The notes: generated by a model from the letters alone, not told the origin. 64,000 nt of DNA from Candidatus Kerfeldbacteria bacterium (GCA_016182555.1 JACPGJ010000002.1:48040-112039), one strand, 5' to 3'. Shown: positions 1-8,765, numbered from the stretch's first letter. Numbers and translations: made by a program.

Positions 1-147
1 TGTGCTCAAGCTGCACGAGCAGATTTTTTAGTAACTGGGAATACGAAACATTTTCCGATGCAATGGAAAAAAACAAAAATTGTGAACGCCAGGCAACTGA
101 TTATACTCATTATTCCCTTCACGCCAGTAGTTATTCAACATAGATAA
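1..147 (+). CDS. PIN-domain toxin (PIN_3-like), 3' end only, cut by window edge
   Basis: Frame 1 reads CAQAARADFLVTGNTKHFP...HR*, matching the 'CA..A.AD.LVTG..KH' C-terminal PIN motif; not in the ORF track because it lacks a start. Confidence 0.75.
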   Translation, partial: CAQAARADFLVTGNTKHFPMQWKKTKIVNARQLIILIIPFTPVVIQHR

Positions 148-190
148 TTTTTTTATGGAAAAAGTTTCAAAAGAACTTGTTTTCCGCCGC

Positions 191-559
191 TCAGTTAAAT
201 GATAGCTCATTGCCCATTTTCAAAAATGGTATCTTTTTAAAATCTTTTGTATTATAAGTCATCAACGGAATCCCTAATTCAATTGCCGTAGCCGCAATTA
301 ACATGTCCATAGAGCCAATATTGTGCTTGCGTGCAAAAATCGCTGCACGCTCTGCAATCGCTGTATTAACAGGGATAATATTACATATTTCCAGAATAGC
401 TTTTATGGCTTTTTCTTCTTGACGAGTAATAGCTGAATATTGCAATAATTCGAATACCGTGATGGTTGAAACAAATGTGGTATATGGATCAAATTCAATG
501 ACTCGGTCACCATTCACGTGATAAATAATAACATTCGTATCAAGCAATATTTGTTGCAT
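191..559 (-). CDS. vapC: VapC-like PIN-domain toxin
   Basis: ILLDTNVII, STITVFEL, DMLIAATA, TYNTKDF PIN motifs; start moved to MQQILLDTN just after the antitoxin stop. Confidence 0.9.
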   Translation of the reverse strand: MQQILLDTNVIIYHVNGDRVIEFDPYTTFVSTITVFELLQYSAITRQEEKAIKAILEICNIIPVNTAIAERAAIFARKHNIGSMDMLIAATAIELGIPLMTYNTKDFKKIPFLKMGNELSFN

Positions 560-560
560 A

Positions 561-812
561 TTATTTTTTACGCCCACGAAGAGTATTGAGTTTTTTTAAA
601 CGTTTATCCGCTGACGCTCGATATTGTTCAATGGATTTGAGCAACTCTTTTCCACGTTTTTTTGACATGATGCCTGCAGTTTTCTGCCACACAGATGTTT
701 TTTGCTGATGTTGCCCTGACCACGTACTTAATTCAATGCGAAGTTCCCCCAGTTCTTTTTGAACGGTTTTCTCCAAGGTGTTAATTTTTATTGCTATGCG
801 ACGAGTATTCAT
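561..812 (-). CDS. Putative antitoxin of the PIN toxin
   Basis: 83-aa basic protein directly upstream of vapC; homologous to the remnant at 4111-4281 (WQKTAGIM vs WKKMGGIL). Confidence 0.75.
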   Translation of the reverse strand: MNTRRIAIKINTLEKTVQKELGELRIELSTWSGQHQQKTSVWQKTAGIMSKKRGKELLKSIEQYRASADKRLKKLNTLRGRKK

Positions 813-863
813 ACTATTTTTGCTTATCTTAGCTATAAAATGGTTATTAAAATAAAAGGTACA

Positions 864-898
864 TTATCAACATACCACACGCCACCTTTATTGACAAG
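864..898 (-). promoter_or_regulatory. Repeated TA promoter block, copy 1
   Basis: TTATCAACATACCACACGCCACCTTTATTGACAAG; on the - strand TTGTCA-N17-TATGTT with extended -10 TG; recurs at 3053 and 4338. Confidence 0.75.
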
Positions 899-899
899 C

Positions 900-925
900 A
901 ATTTAAATACGAAATTTAAATACGA
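900..925. repeat. 13-bp tandem direct repeat AATTTAAATACGA x2
   Basis: Exact tandem copies between divergent promoters. Confidence 0.8.
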
Positions 926-960
926 TTTCAGGCTTATCTCGCAGCGGACAAGACTATTTT

Positions 961-989
961 TTGACAGCTTTTTTACTCCGTAGTATCTT
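961..989 (+). promoter_or_regulatory. Sigma70-like promoter for the 1004 ORF
   Basis: TTGACA-N17-TATCTT, 14 nt before the ATG. Confidence 0.65.
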
Positions 990-1003
990 AATATATAAGA
1001 TAT

Positions 1004-2128
1004 ATGAACACATCAATTCTACAACAATTGTACGAATATGCTAGAGAGCGTTGTTTGCAGGAATTTTTAACTCTTGGTTTAACGAAAAAAGATTTTACAC
1101 AGATAGAAAAACGTATACGCGGAGGCGTGCGAGAAGATATGGCGTTATTGGATCTGACTGATCGTATTTTACGCATAGGAAAAGCGCACGCAGAACCGGA
1201 ACACGGTATTGTCGGCATGGATAGCTTGGTGCGCGCATTTCAAATGATGACGAATTATACGCCTCGTGAAGGGGTTCCGGTGGAGGTGGCAACGATATTT
1301 TTAGAGTACATCACTTTTTTTAAACAAGAGGGTGGATATTCAAAACCAGATGATGTAGAGAAATTTGTTCGGTTGGTTTTGTCTGCACACCAATCCATTG
1401 ATGCGTTTGCGAAAAAACATCATGTTGATTCACGAATTTCCTCGATTGCACACCACGTGTTGCATTGGTATTTGCAAGAATCTCCACACCTGGCATGCCG
1501 TAAAACTCCAGAAAAATTGGCGATGATTGCATACGCCATAGTGCGTCGGTTTCAAGAAACGGCAACAGAAAAATATTTTTCTGATTATTCACCAGAAGAC
1601 TTGGTGCGTTGGGGCGGTTTAAAAAATGTGGCCTCTCTGACGTCAAGCACATCCGCAGCATTTCATGATGTGGTGTATGGAGTGTACGATATTGATCTGT
1701 TATTTGTCGACCCGGTGAATCGACCATCTGATTGGCGAGAACGACTCGTGAAGGTTGCTCCAGCATTACAAGAACGTTTTTCACAACCTGCCAGTTTTTT
1801 GGATGATCCAGTGTTACCAGCATTTCCTTTTGATGATATTGAAGAGGTGAAAGAGCGGATGATGAATACGCTCCAGAAATGCGTAACAAATAACGCATTG
1901 ACTCTAGAAAAATTGCAACAGTATGTTTGGGAAGCCAGTGACCATGAAGATCCAGAACAAGCTGCTCAAACATATATGAAGCTCTGTTTACCACATATAT
2001 CTCCACAGATAGAAGATGATACTACTCTCCGAGCTATTATGACTGCATTCCTAGATGCATGGAATATTTTTCCGCATCAACAATTACAAGGAAAATCGCC
2101 ACGCGACATGATGAATGAACAATTGTAG
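1004..2128 (+). CDS. Hypothetical protein (374 aa), C-terminal WN..P...L.GKSP motif
   Basis: Long ORF with its own promoter; no family recognised. Confidence 0.8.
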   Translation: MNTSILQQLYEYARERCLQEFLTLGLTKKDFTQIEKRIRGGVREDMALLDLTDRILRIGKAHAEPEHGIVGMDSLVRAFQMMTNYTPREGVPVEVATIFLEYITFFKQEGGYSKPDDVEKFVRLVLSAHQSIDAFAKKHHVDSRISSIAHHVLHWYLQESPHLACRKTPEKLAMIAYAIVRRFQETATEKYFSDYSPEDLVRWGGLKNVASLTSSTSAAFHDVVYGVYDIDLLFVDPVNRPSDWRERLVKVAPALQERFSQPASFLDDPVLPAFPFDDIEEVKERMMNTLQKCVTNNALTLEKLQQYVWEASDHEDPEQAAQTYMKLCLPHISPQIEDDTTLRAIMTAFLDAWNIFPHQQLQGKSPRDMMNEQL

Positions 2129-2200
2129 AACTATTTTTTTTGATCCTCTGCTTACTACGCGTTCTCTGCAGATTTTTTAGTGACTGGAAAAAGGAACGAA

Positions 2201-2650
2201 TTATTTCATGGATTCAAGATATGTTTGAATCGTTTGTATATACCTTGGAAATAGTTTCACGCTATTTTGCAGAGCAGCATAAAATTGCATGCTGTTGAGG
2301 TCGTCATATTCGTGAACAAGAATATTTCTTGTTCCAATGCAGGGTTTCGTTGCTTCAGCGAGTTCATGGTCAATGACATTCATTTTTACCAATATGTCAA
2401 AAGAATCTGCATAGCTCGGTGGCGTTTTTTCTCCGGCAGCACGAATAATATGCAAATTGATATCAATACATCGATTAATCACCCGCTCAATCCATCTTTC
2501 CGCAACAGCACTTTTTATATCGTCGTTCATTATGGCTTCATACGAAGATTCTTGGAGTAATTTGTGAATCCGTTCTAGGTCTTCAAGAATGTAGGCGCAC
2601 TTCTGTTCAATAAGCTGCGTGTTCAAATTGGAGGAGTTTTGTTTTGACAT
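2201..2650 (-). CDS. hepT: HepT-like (DUF86) HEPN ribonuclease toxin
   Basis: RNILVHEY = RX4HXY motif; follows the MNT gene. Confidence 0.88.
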   Translation of the reverse strand: MSKQNSSNLNTQLIEQKCAYILEDLERIHKLLQESSYEAIMNDDIKSAVAERWIERVINRCIDINLHIIRAAGEKTPPSYADSFDILVKMNVIDHELAEATKPCIGTRNILVHEYDDLNSMQFYAALQNSVKLFPRYIQTIQTYLESMK

Positions 2651-3044
2651 ATTCATGCGTCGCTTTAAATAATGGTTCAGCATCAAAATATTTCATGAGT
2701 AAACGAATATATTGTTTTTCATCATCGGTTTCAGTGCCAAAGAGTTTGATCCCTTCTGTGGCAATCAGGTAGCCAAGCAGTGGTGGTGCAGTGACCAAGT
2801 TCACACAATCAAATACACTCTCTGAAAGTCCGAGAATATTTTCTATTTTATCATCAAACCCTTGTAAGCTAAAGAATGTTCCACGCGGCATATCACTGCC
2901 ATCATGGCGAAGATAGGCAAGGTCAACATCGCTGTGTTCATTTGCGTCGCCACGCGCATGAGAACCAAACAAATACAACAATTTGAGGTCAAATTCTTTT
3001 GCAACCTCTGCCAGTTGTATTCTTTGTTTTTCAGTAATTTTCAT
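2607..3044 (-). CDS. mntA: MntA-like minimal nucleotidyltransferase antitoxin
   Basis: LFGSHARGDANEHSDVDLA = GSX10DXD; start at MKITEKQ. Confidence 0.88.
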   Translation of the reverse strand: MKITEKQRIQLAEVAKEFDLKLLYLFGSHARGDANEHSDVDLAYLRHDGSDMPRGTFFSLQGFDDKIENILGLSESVFDCVNLVTAPPLLGYLIATEGIKLFGTETDDEKQYIRLLMKYFDAEPLFKATHEYVKTKLLQFEHAAY

Positions 3045-3052
3045 ATAGTACC

Positions 3053-3090
3053 TTATCAACATACCACACGAAACCCCTATTGACAAGAAT
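3053..3090 (-). promoter_or_regulatory. Repeated TA promoter block, copy 2
   Basis: TTATCAACATACCACACGAAACCCCTATTGACAAGAAT, 9 nt from the mntA start (near-leaderless). Confidence 0.75.
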
Positions 3091-3626
3091 CCCACGCATT
3101 GGCCATTTGATTAGGTTGTGTTATATTTCTCTTGGAATGGACACTCCTTGTGAGTCGTTTTTTTATGCAAATATATCAAACCCAAACTCACATCATCAAC
3201 CTATTACCAAAGAGGATCCCAATAGAAAAAATGAACTTTTGCATCGCTTCACAGGAGTAACGCCTAATAATATCCTATTTTCCGTTCAAATAAAAGAAGA
3301 TAAAAAAACGAATGAAAAACGGCTTATCTCTTGTTTTAGTGCTGAAAAATAAAAAGGCTTCCCGCCAGTTTGTGGTGTATAAACCACGGCCGAAAGTCTT
3401 TTCACATACTAGTATATAACACTCATATTTTTCGTCAAACTACTGATGCGGTGGTCTATTACCCAACGTGTGGAGTGGATGTGAGTCCGTCGTCCGGGTT
3501 TCCGAATAGCCGTATGATTTATGCCGAACAAGAAGCTGCGTGTGCTGAAGCGTTCAAGCGCCATCATTTCTTCCCGGCACTCTCGTTTTCCGCCGCTCCA
3601 ACTCGTTACCGTCCAACTTGATTTCA

Positions 3627-3890
3627 CTAAAACAATTTTTCGGTAATCAATTTTTCTACTCGTATTGCTGTTGCTAAAGCCTGTTCTGCATCTGTCCACG
3701 TAAATTCAGGAAATTCTCCTGGATAACGCGTTGTGAAATAAAAATCCGTTTGCCGTTCCGTCACGATGACGGAATATGGATTGTGCATTCAATTCATCAT
3801 CTTCTGCTTTCAATAGCCATTCACGCACCGCAAAATGAGTAAATCAATATCGCTGTGTACGGATGGGCTGCCCCAAAATAGGTGAAGCAT
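3627..3890 (-). pseudogene. Collapsed MNT-HEPN toxin-antitoxin remnant
   Basis: Three fragments joined by frameshifts: LFWGSPSVHSDIDLLIL (MNT), VREWLLKAEDDELNAQSIFRHRDGTANG (HEPN N-term), YFTTRYPGEFPEFTWTDAEQALATA...LF* (HEPN C-term). Confidence 0.75.
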
Positions 3891-3896
3891 ATATTT

Positions 3897-4281
3897 TTAT
3901 AACGCATCTTCCATCGATCCAAAAACGGTTAATCCAGGAATTTTACGAAAATCTTTCTTATTTTTTGTGATTAACGGTATATCCAAAATAAGCGCCGTTG
4001 CGGCAATCAGTAGGTCTGGTAGTTTTGTTTTGCGTGTTCTCCCAAGCATTGCTGCTCGTTCTGCAATAAGCGAATCCACAGAGATAATAGTGGTATAGGA
4101 AAGCCATTTTTTAATTGCCGCTATTTCTTTTTAAGATACCGCCCATTTTTTTCCATGCTTCTCCGGCTGCGCTTACGTGTTTTTTACTTTCTTGTAGTTC
4201 GATTTTTGCAATATTCAAACGTAGAAGCGTGAGCTCTTTTTCAATATGTTGAATGTGTGTGGTGAGTTGTTGTGTGGTCAT
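3897..4281 (-). pseudogene. Internally deleted antitoxin-PIN toxin pair, paralogous to 191-812
   Basis: MTTQQLTTHIQHIEKEL...WKKMGGILK joins out of frame to EIAAIKKWLS...IAERAA...DLLIAATAL...TKNKKDFRKIP; antitoxin 3' end and toxin 5' half are missing. Confidence 0.8.
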
Positions 4282-4337
4282 AATATATTATTTACCCTTA
4301 TTTTAGCCATGAAATGGCCGTGGAAGGAGAATCCACT

Positions 4338-4393
4338 TTATCAACATACCACACGCCACCCCTATTGACAAGAATCAAAAAGCGTGCTAATAT
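4338..4393. promoter_or_regulatory. Repeated block copy 3, forming a back-to-back bidirectional promoter
   Basis: - strand TTGTCA-N17-TATGTT; + strand TTGACA(4365)-N17-TAATAT followed by boxA-like TTCTTTACAAT. Confidence 0.7.
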
Positions 4394-4433
4394 GTTCGGT
4401 TCTTTACAATCGAGTTCGCTATTGAAGTGTTTG

Positions 4434-4647
4434 AGGGAGCTAGGACCCCCAAGAGCATATACACACCCAAGTACGTAAGTAAAAAGGGCATATTGAAAGA
4501 AATCTTTCCACCATTCGTGACTCTACCGCTTATGCAAAGCGTCGCCGAAAGGCACGATGCGCACAAACGGTTAGTGAAGAATGATGGATCCTAGCAGATT
4601 TCCGATGATATGCCTTTTTTACTGCCTTGTATGGTCGTTGGCTCCCT
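4434..4647 (+). ncRNA. Candidate rod-shaped ncRNA (~214 nt) with apical GAAA tetraloop
   Basis: Nested pairings 4434-4440/4641-4647, 4478-4493/4608-4623 (16 bp, one G-U), 4499-4505/4596-4602, 4507-4516/4579-4588, apex CC-GAAA-GG; upstream promoter; no ORF. Confidence 0.6.
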
Positions 4648-4671
4648 GTCATGGTGAGCCTGTCGAACCAT
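4647..4671 (+). repeat. REP-like palindrome TGTCATGGTGAGCCTGTCGAACCAT, copy 1
   Basis: Identical copy at 4770; ATGGT/ACCAT stem around GAGCCTGTCGA. Confidence 0.8.
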
Positions 4672-4769
4672 AAAAGGTAGCAGTACATTTACAACACATT
4701 AGGTTTGAATAGAAGTATTTTTTCCGAGTCAGAGAGAATGAGATTATTTTGTCATGCCGACTGCCCACT

Positions 4770-4796
4770 TGTCATGGTGAGCCTGTCGAACCATGA
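4770..4796 (+). repeat. REP-like palindrome, copy 2
   Basis: TGTCATGGTGAGCCTGTCGAACCATGA. Confidence 0.8.
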
Positions 4797-4974
4797 GCAC
4801 AACAAATGATTTTACTCTCTCTGGCTTGGAATTATCTACGTCGGAGAACCCCGGGGTCACCCGAAGGTCGAAAGACCAGAAGGAGGCCGCGTGGTCTCTC
4901 CGGGGAGTGTCTTTGTTGTCCGCAACCCATGGCGTCGCGACGTGTCTTACGTGCGGCGCCACTTTGGAGGTTCT

Positions 4975-5856
4975 ATGAATCGGTTTTTCGTCCTCGCCAC
5001 CGCGCTGGTGGCCGTGATGTTTTCGTCGACGGCCGTCGCGACGGCCGTACCTTCCAATCTTCTTGGTGAGGTGCAGAGGTCTGCACTCACCAAGGTCTGG
5101 GAGGTTGGACCCGGCTCCCTGCCGCCAGAGGGTGCCGAGTGCCAACCGGGAGAAATCCCGGTGGTGCGAGGCACCGCCGACGAGATCCCGGGCGGCGACA
5201 CCGCCCAGGTGCAGCTAGATTCGCGGCGGCTGATGGCCGTCGCTCCCGCCGGTTGGGACGGCTCCTGGGGGTGGATCGCCGGGACGACGACGTCCGGCGA
5301 CAGCGCCGGCGTAGTGGGATGTGCGCCGCGGGGCGCCTTCCCAGCCGCCACGGCGGCGCCCTCGGCCGCCGCCCCCCAGTCACCATACCCGGCCATGCCC
5401 GGCCTTGAGCTCCCCAATGGGGTGAGCCTGAATGCTGAGCTGGACCCCGAGCAGGTTGCGACACTGACGTCGCAGCTGCTCTGCCTCCAGGCGGGGCGGG
5501 GTAACGACTGCCTCGGCGCGTACGCCGGGGGGTCCAACCTGGGGAAGTTACTGGAGAACGGCGCCCCGTTCTCCCTCAGGATGCCGGGGCTCGACCTCGT
5601 CGTCCGCCCCGTGGCCGGCAAACGGAGGGCCGCCCCCGTCGAAGAGGGGAACGGAGAGGCCACCCGCAGGACCAGGTGGTTCTGCGGAGACCACCCGGTG
5701 GTCTGCCTGGCGGCGACCACGATCGTCGTGGTGGGCGGAGTCGCGCTCACCTCGGTGGTCATGGGAAACCCCGTCGTCGATATCGGCGGCGGGAGTGCCG
5801 GTGGTAGCGCCTCCGCAGGCGCCACCGCTGGGTTTACGGTGATGCGCTTTCGGTAG
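4975..5856 (+). CDS. High-GC secreted/membrane-anchored hypothetical protein
   Basis: GGAGG SD then MNRFFVLATALVAVMFSSTAVA signal peptide; C-terminal hydrophobic helix; about 70% GC by eye. Confidence 0.8.
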   Translation: MNRFFVLATALVAVMFSSTAVATAVPSNLLGEVQRSALTKVWEVGPGSLPPEGAECQPGEIPVVRGTADEIPGGDTAQVQLDSRRLMAVAPAGWDGSWGWIAGTTTSGDSAGVVGCAPRGAFPAATAAPSAAAPQSPYPAMPGLELPNGVSLNAELDPEQVATLTSQLLCLQAGRGNDCLGAYAGGSNLGKLLENGAPFSLRMPGLDLVVRPVAGKRRAAPVEEGNGEATRRTRWFCGDHPVVCLAATTIVVVGGVALTSVVMGNPVVDIGGGSAGGSASAGATAGFTVMRFR

Positions 5857-6316
5857 GCGCGCCACCAACTTCGACCGTCGCGTGAGGGTCAGCATCGGCT
5901 GAACCCGAACGCGCATCGCTGCTCTCCGCGGCGGCCGACTTCGAATTCAAACTTGTCGTGTTTCGGGAGGGACGCAACGACGCTGTTCATTCGCTGCGTC
6001 TCTCCCCCTTCTTTCCTTTCTCGGAATCATTTCAGAGAAAGAAAAGTGGGAAAACATTTCTCACGTGCACTTTACAAATTTTTTCACTCTTTATTCAACT
6101 CAAGCCAGGAGTATTCGGATGATCACACAGGAAGACCATAGATGATTCGAGTAATCCTGGCTTGTAGATGCGGCGCCAGGAGGTCCGGGGGGTATGCCCA
6201 CGCTGAAAAGCGCGAAGTGTGCCCTCCAGTGGGGCCTCCCGAGGATCGTTGTTAAACCGAGAGTACGGCCGCCACTGTTCCAATCATGGACAATGGGCGG
6301 CCGTAGAGGAGTCAAA

Positions 6317-7672
6317 ATGAAAAAATGTTTTTGCTGGCTCGCCATCGCAATGATGGTGATGGTCAGCACCACTGCATGCCGCATTCGCGGCGGCAGTGTT
6401 TACGATGACTCAGGGCGGGAGACAGCGGATTCCGCCCTGGATGGAGACAACGACGGCGTCCCCTCGGGCGCCGGTGACTGCGACGACAACGACGCGTCGG
6501 TTTATCCCGGCGCGACCGAGCTGTGCGACGGCGTCGACAACAACTGCGACGGCGAGGTCGACGAGGGGTGTTCGGCTGAAACGCCGACCCCCGAAGCAGA
6601 AACCCCGACCCCGGAACCGACGCCCCCCCTTGACGGGGATGGCGACGGCTACTCCGAGGTCGGTGGCGACTGCGACGACACCAGCTCGGCCGTCCATCCG
6701 GGCGCGGTCGAGGGCTGCGACAGCTTCGACAGCGACTGCGATGGCGCGGTAGATGAGGGGTGTGAGGAGGAGAATCCCACACCCGACGATACGCCGGAGC
6801 CGACCGAAACCCCCGAGCCAGACGACCTGGACGGAGACGGCTACACCGAGGTCGGTGGCGACTGCGATGACACTGATGCGACGGTCTACCCGGGGGCAGA
6901 AGAGCTGTGCAATGATGCAACGGATTCGGACTGTGACGGTAATTCGTCTGAGTCAGAATCTGGATGCGTCGTGTACAGCGATGACGCGGACGGAGATGGG
7001 TATTGTGAGAATTCGCCGTGTGTCGTTTCGACGATGCCGGCGGGTGACTGCGATGACACCGACGCCCGCACTTATCCCGGGGCCGCGGAGACCTGCGACG
7101 GCCTGGACAACGATTGCGATGGGGATCGCGACGACATCGCCGAAGGAACGGGTAGCCTCTACTACCAGGACTCCGACGGCGATGGGTATGGAACTGACTC
7201 TGAGGTTATTTCGGCCTGCAGCCGTCCCGCTGGCTATGCGGTTAGCGACGACGACTGCAACGACGGCAACGCGTCAATCCACCCGGGTGCCACCGAGACC
7301 TGCAACAACGTGGACGACGATTGCGACGGCGCCGTGGAAGACGACACCGTCTGCAACCCGGACTGCGCCGCCACCGCCTTCTGGTGGGGCGCAGATTTCA
7401 ACCTCGTGACCTGGGCGAGCGAGGGTCAGCACCTGATTTCCAATCAGGATGACCCGGACTCGTCCAATACGGTCGAGTCGTCGACCCCCTGGACGTACCA
7501 GGGGCAACTCAACATCTGCGCCGGCGCGACCAGCTCGGCCGACGAGGTTATGGCTGCCGTAAACATCGGCAGCAACACCTGCGTCGCCTGGGACACGGCG
7601 AACGCATATGACGACGATGGGGACGGTTTCTGCGTCCCTATCAAAAAGGCTGAGATCGATCACACTCCGTGA
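6317..7672 (+). CDS. High-GC lipoprotein with five MopE-like putative metal-binding repeats and an unnamed C-terminal domain
   Basis: GAGGAG SD; MKKCFCW...STTAC lipobox-like; five DCDD...PGA.E.C...D..CDG repeats with TP/EP linkers. Confidence 0.88.
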   Translation: MKKCFCWLAIAMMVMVSTTACRIRGGSVYDDSGRETADSALDGDNDGVPSGAGDCDDNDASVYPGATELCDGVDNNCDGEVDEGCSAETPTPEAETPTPEPTPPLDGDGDGYSEVGGDCDDTSSAVHPGAVEGCDSFDSDCDGAVDEGCEEENPTPDDTPEPTETPEPDDLDGDGYTEVGGDCDDTDATVYPGAEELCNDATDSDCDGNSSESESGCVVYSDDADGDGYCENSPCVVSTMPAGDCDDTDARTYPGAAETCDGLDNDCDGDRDDIAEGTGSLYYQDSDGDGYGTDSEVISACSRPAGYAVSDDDCNDGNASIHPGATETCNNVDDDCDGAVEDDTVCNPDCAATAFWWGADFNLVTWASEGQHLISNQDDPDSSNTVESSTPWTYQGQLNICAGATSSADEVMAAVNIGSNTCVAWDTANAYDDDGDGFCVPIKKAEIDHTP

Positions 7673-7680
7673 TTTGATCT

Positions 7681-7889
7681 CCTCTGCGCGGTTCACCACT
7701 GCCGCGCGGAAGTTAACACAAGTGGAGGTTCCCGGAGCGCCGCTGCGAAAAGCGATCGCGAGCCGGTGGAGGAGGGAACTGACGTACGGCCGCAAGGCCA
7801 CGAGACCCAAGCCGCGCAAGCGGAACGAAGAGGACCCATGTCCTCCAATCGTCGAGTGCAACACGCGCTCCTTGGGTCTTCTTTTTTTT
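7681..7889 (+). terminator. Multi-stem structured 3' trailer ending in a U-tract
   Basis: Stems with GCAA tetraloops (GGCC-GCAA-GGCC, CCGC-GCAA-GCGG); AGACCCAAG/CTTGGGTCT closes a multibranch loop before the T-run. Confidence 0.6.
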
Positions 7890-7911
7890 ATTCAAATTTT
7901 TCTATAAATAC

Positions 7912-7940
7912 TTGACGAAAGCAAGGTATACAAGTACAGT
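7912..7940 (+). promoter_or_regulatory. Sigma70-like promoter
   Basis: TTGACG-N17-TACAGT upstream of 7978. Confidence 0.5.
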
Positions 7941-7977
7941 GCTCGTAGAATATTGTTTTTTATGTTAAAATATAGAC

Positions 7978-8202
7978 ATGATCAATAAATACACCTATCG
8001 ACTATTTAGAGTTCCCACCTTTAAACGGGGCATGGCCAGCTTGATTGATATTACCGGCAAGTTGAACGAAATTCGATTTGATAAAAGTGGCTCTGAAGCT
8101 GACTATAAGGCTTTATCGAGTGACTGGAAAGCCGTGGGGGAAGATTTACAGAATGCTATGAATACTTATGGAAGAAAAAAATCAGCTACAAGACCAAAGT
8201 AA
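7978..8202 (+). CDS. Small hypothetical protein, apparently co-transcribed with the DUF2335 gene
   Basis: 74 aa, ADYKALSSDWKAVGEDL motif, overlaps the next gene. Confidence 0.65.
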   Translation: MINKYTYRLFRVPTFKRGMASLIDITGKLNEIRFDKSGSEADYKALSSDWKAVGEDLQNAMNTYGRKKSATRPK

Positions 8203-8561
8203 ATCACCGACAACAAATAATACGCATCAACTTATTGCTGTTCAGCATTCTTTTTCAGGTCCCATTCCACCGCCAGATGTGTTGAATGATTACGAACGTA
8301 TTGAAAAAGGATTGGCGAGTCGTATTGTAAATATGGCCGAGAAGCAGTCAGGCCATAGGCAAAACATTGAAAGCAGATATATTCGTTCAGCAAATCTTCG
8401 CTCAATTCGCTGGGTTGTTTGTAGGGGCATATTTAGTCATTCAGGGAAACAATGTCATGGGGATATTATTTTCTTCCGGGCCATTGGCAACAATTATTCT
8501 CGCTTTTTTAAATGAATCTAAAAAGGATAGAGCGGTAAAGCAGGAAGAGGAAGTCGAGTAA
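8168..8561 (+). pseudogene. DUF2335 membrane protein, frameshifted by a probable internal deletion near 8405
   Basis: FSGPIPPPDVLNDYERI...RIVNMAEKQSGHR; the TM part FAGLFVGAYLVIQG lies in another frame. Confidence 0.7.
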
Positions 8562-8601
8562 GTCTATGTAATATAAGGATTGGAGTGTTCCAGTTCGGTA
8601 T

Positions 8602-8624
8602 AAGATCCCGCAAGGGATTTTTTA
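8602..8624 (+). terminator. Intrinsic terminator
   Basis: AAGATCCC-GCAA-GGGATTTT plus T-run. Confidence 0.65.
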
Positions 8625-8647
8625 CTTTATGGAAAGCGGTTTTTTTC

Positions 8648-8733
8648 CAAAATTTGTACATTGACCCAGTACACAACTTTGATATACTAAACACAGTTGG
8701 ACACTACTCACCGTTGCGGAGCAGTGTTTTTTT
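8648..8733 (+). promoter_or_regulatory. Promoter plus leader hairpin/U-tract, copy 1
   Basis: TTGACC-N16-(TGA)TATACT then GACACTACTC...GAGCAGTGTT-T-run; near-identical 86-nt copy at 10317. Confidence 0.75.
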
Positions 8734-8765
8734 ACTTGATTCAAAAATTAAATTACAATAAAAGT

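Noticed and set aside
3080-3621. Short ORFs 3080-3352 and 3370-3621
   Set aside because: Possibly gene scraps (YYPTCGVDVSPS looks protein-like), but no family can be supported.
4534-4570. c-di-GMP-I riboswitch or SRP RNA in the rod-like RNA
   Set aside because: GCAAA and GAAA are present, but the second stem/receptor and the SRP CAGG..GGAA..AGCAG motif are not visible.
7779-7806. Hammerhead ribozyme at CTGACG...GGCC-GCAA-GGCC
   Set aside because: Core reads CUGACGU rather than CUGANGA, and there is no GAAA after the stem.
4744-7907. Many overlapping and antisense ORFs (e.g. 4947-5825 -, 6753-7409 +, 7274-7864 -)
   Set aside because: Expected shadow frames in GC-rich DNA; the chosen frames have an SD, signal peptides and repeat motifs.
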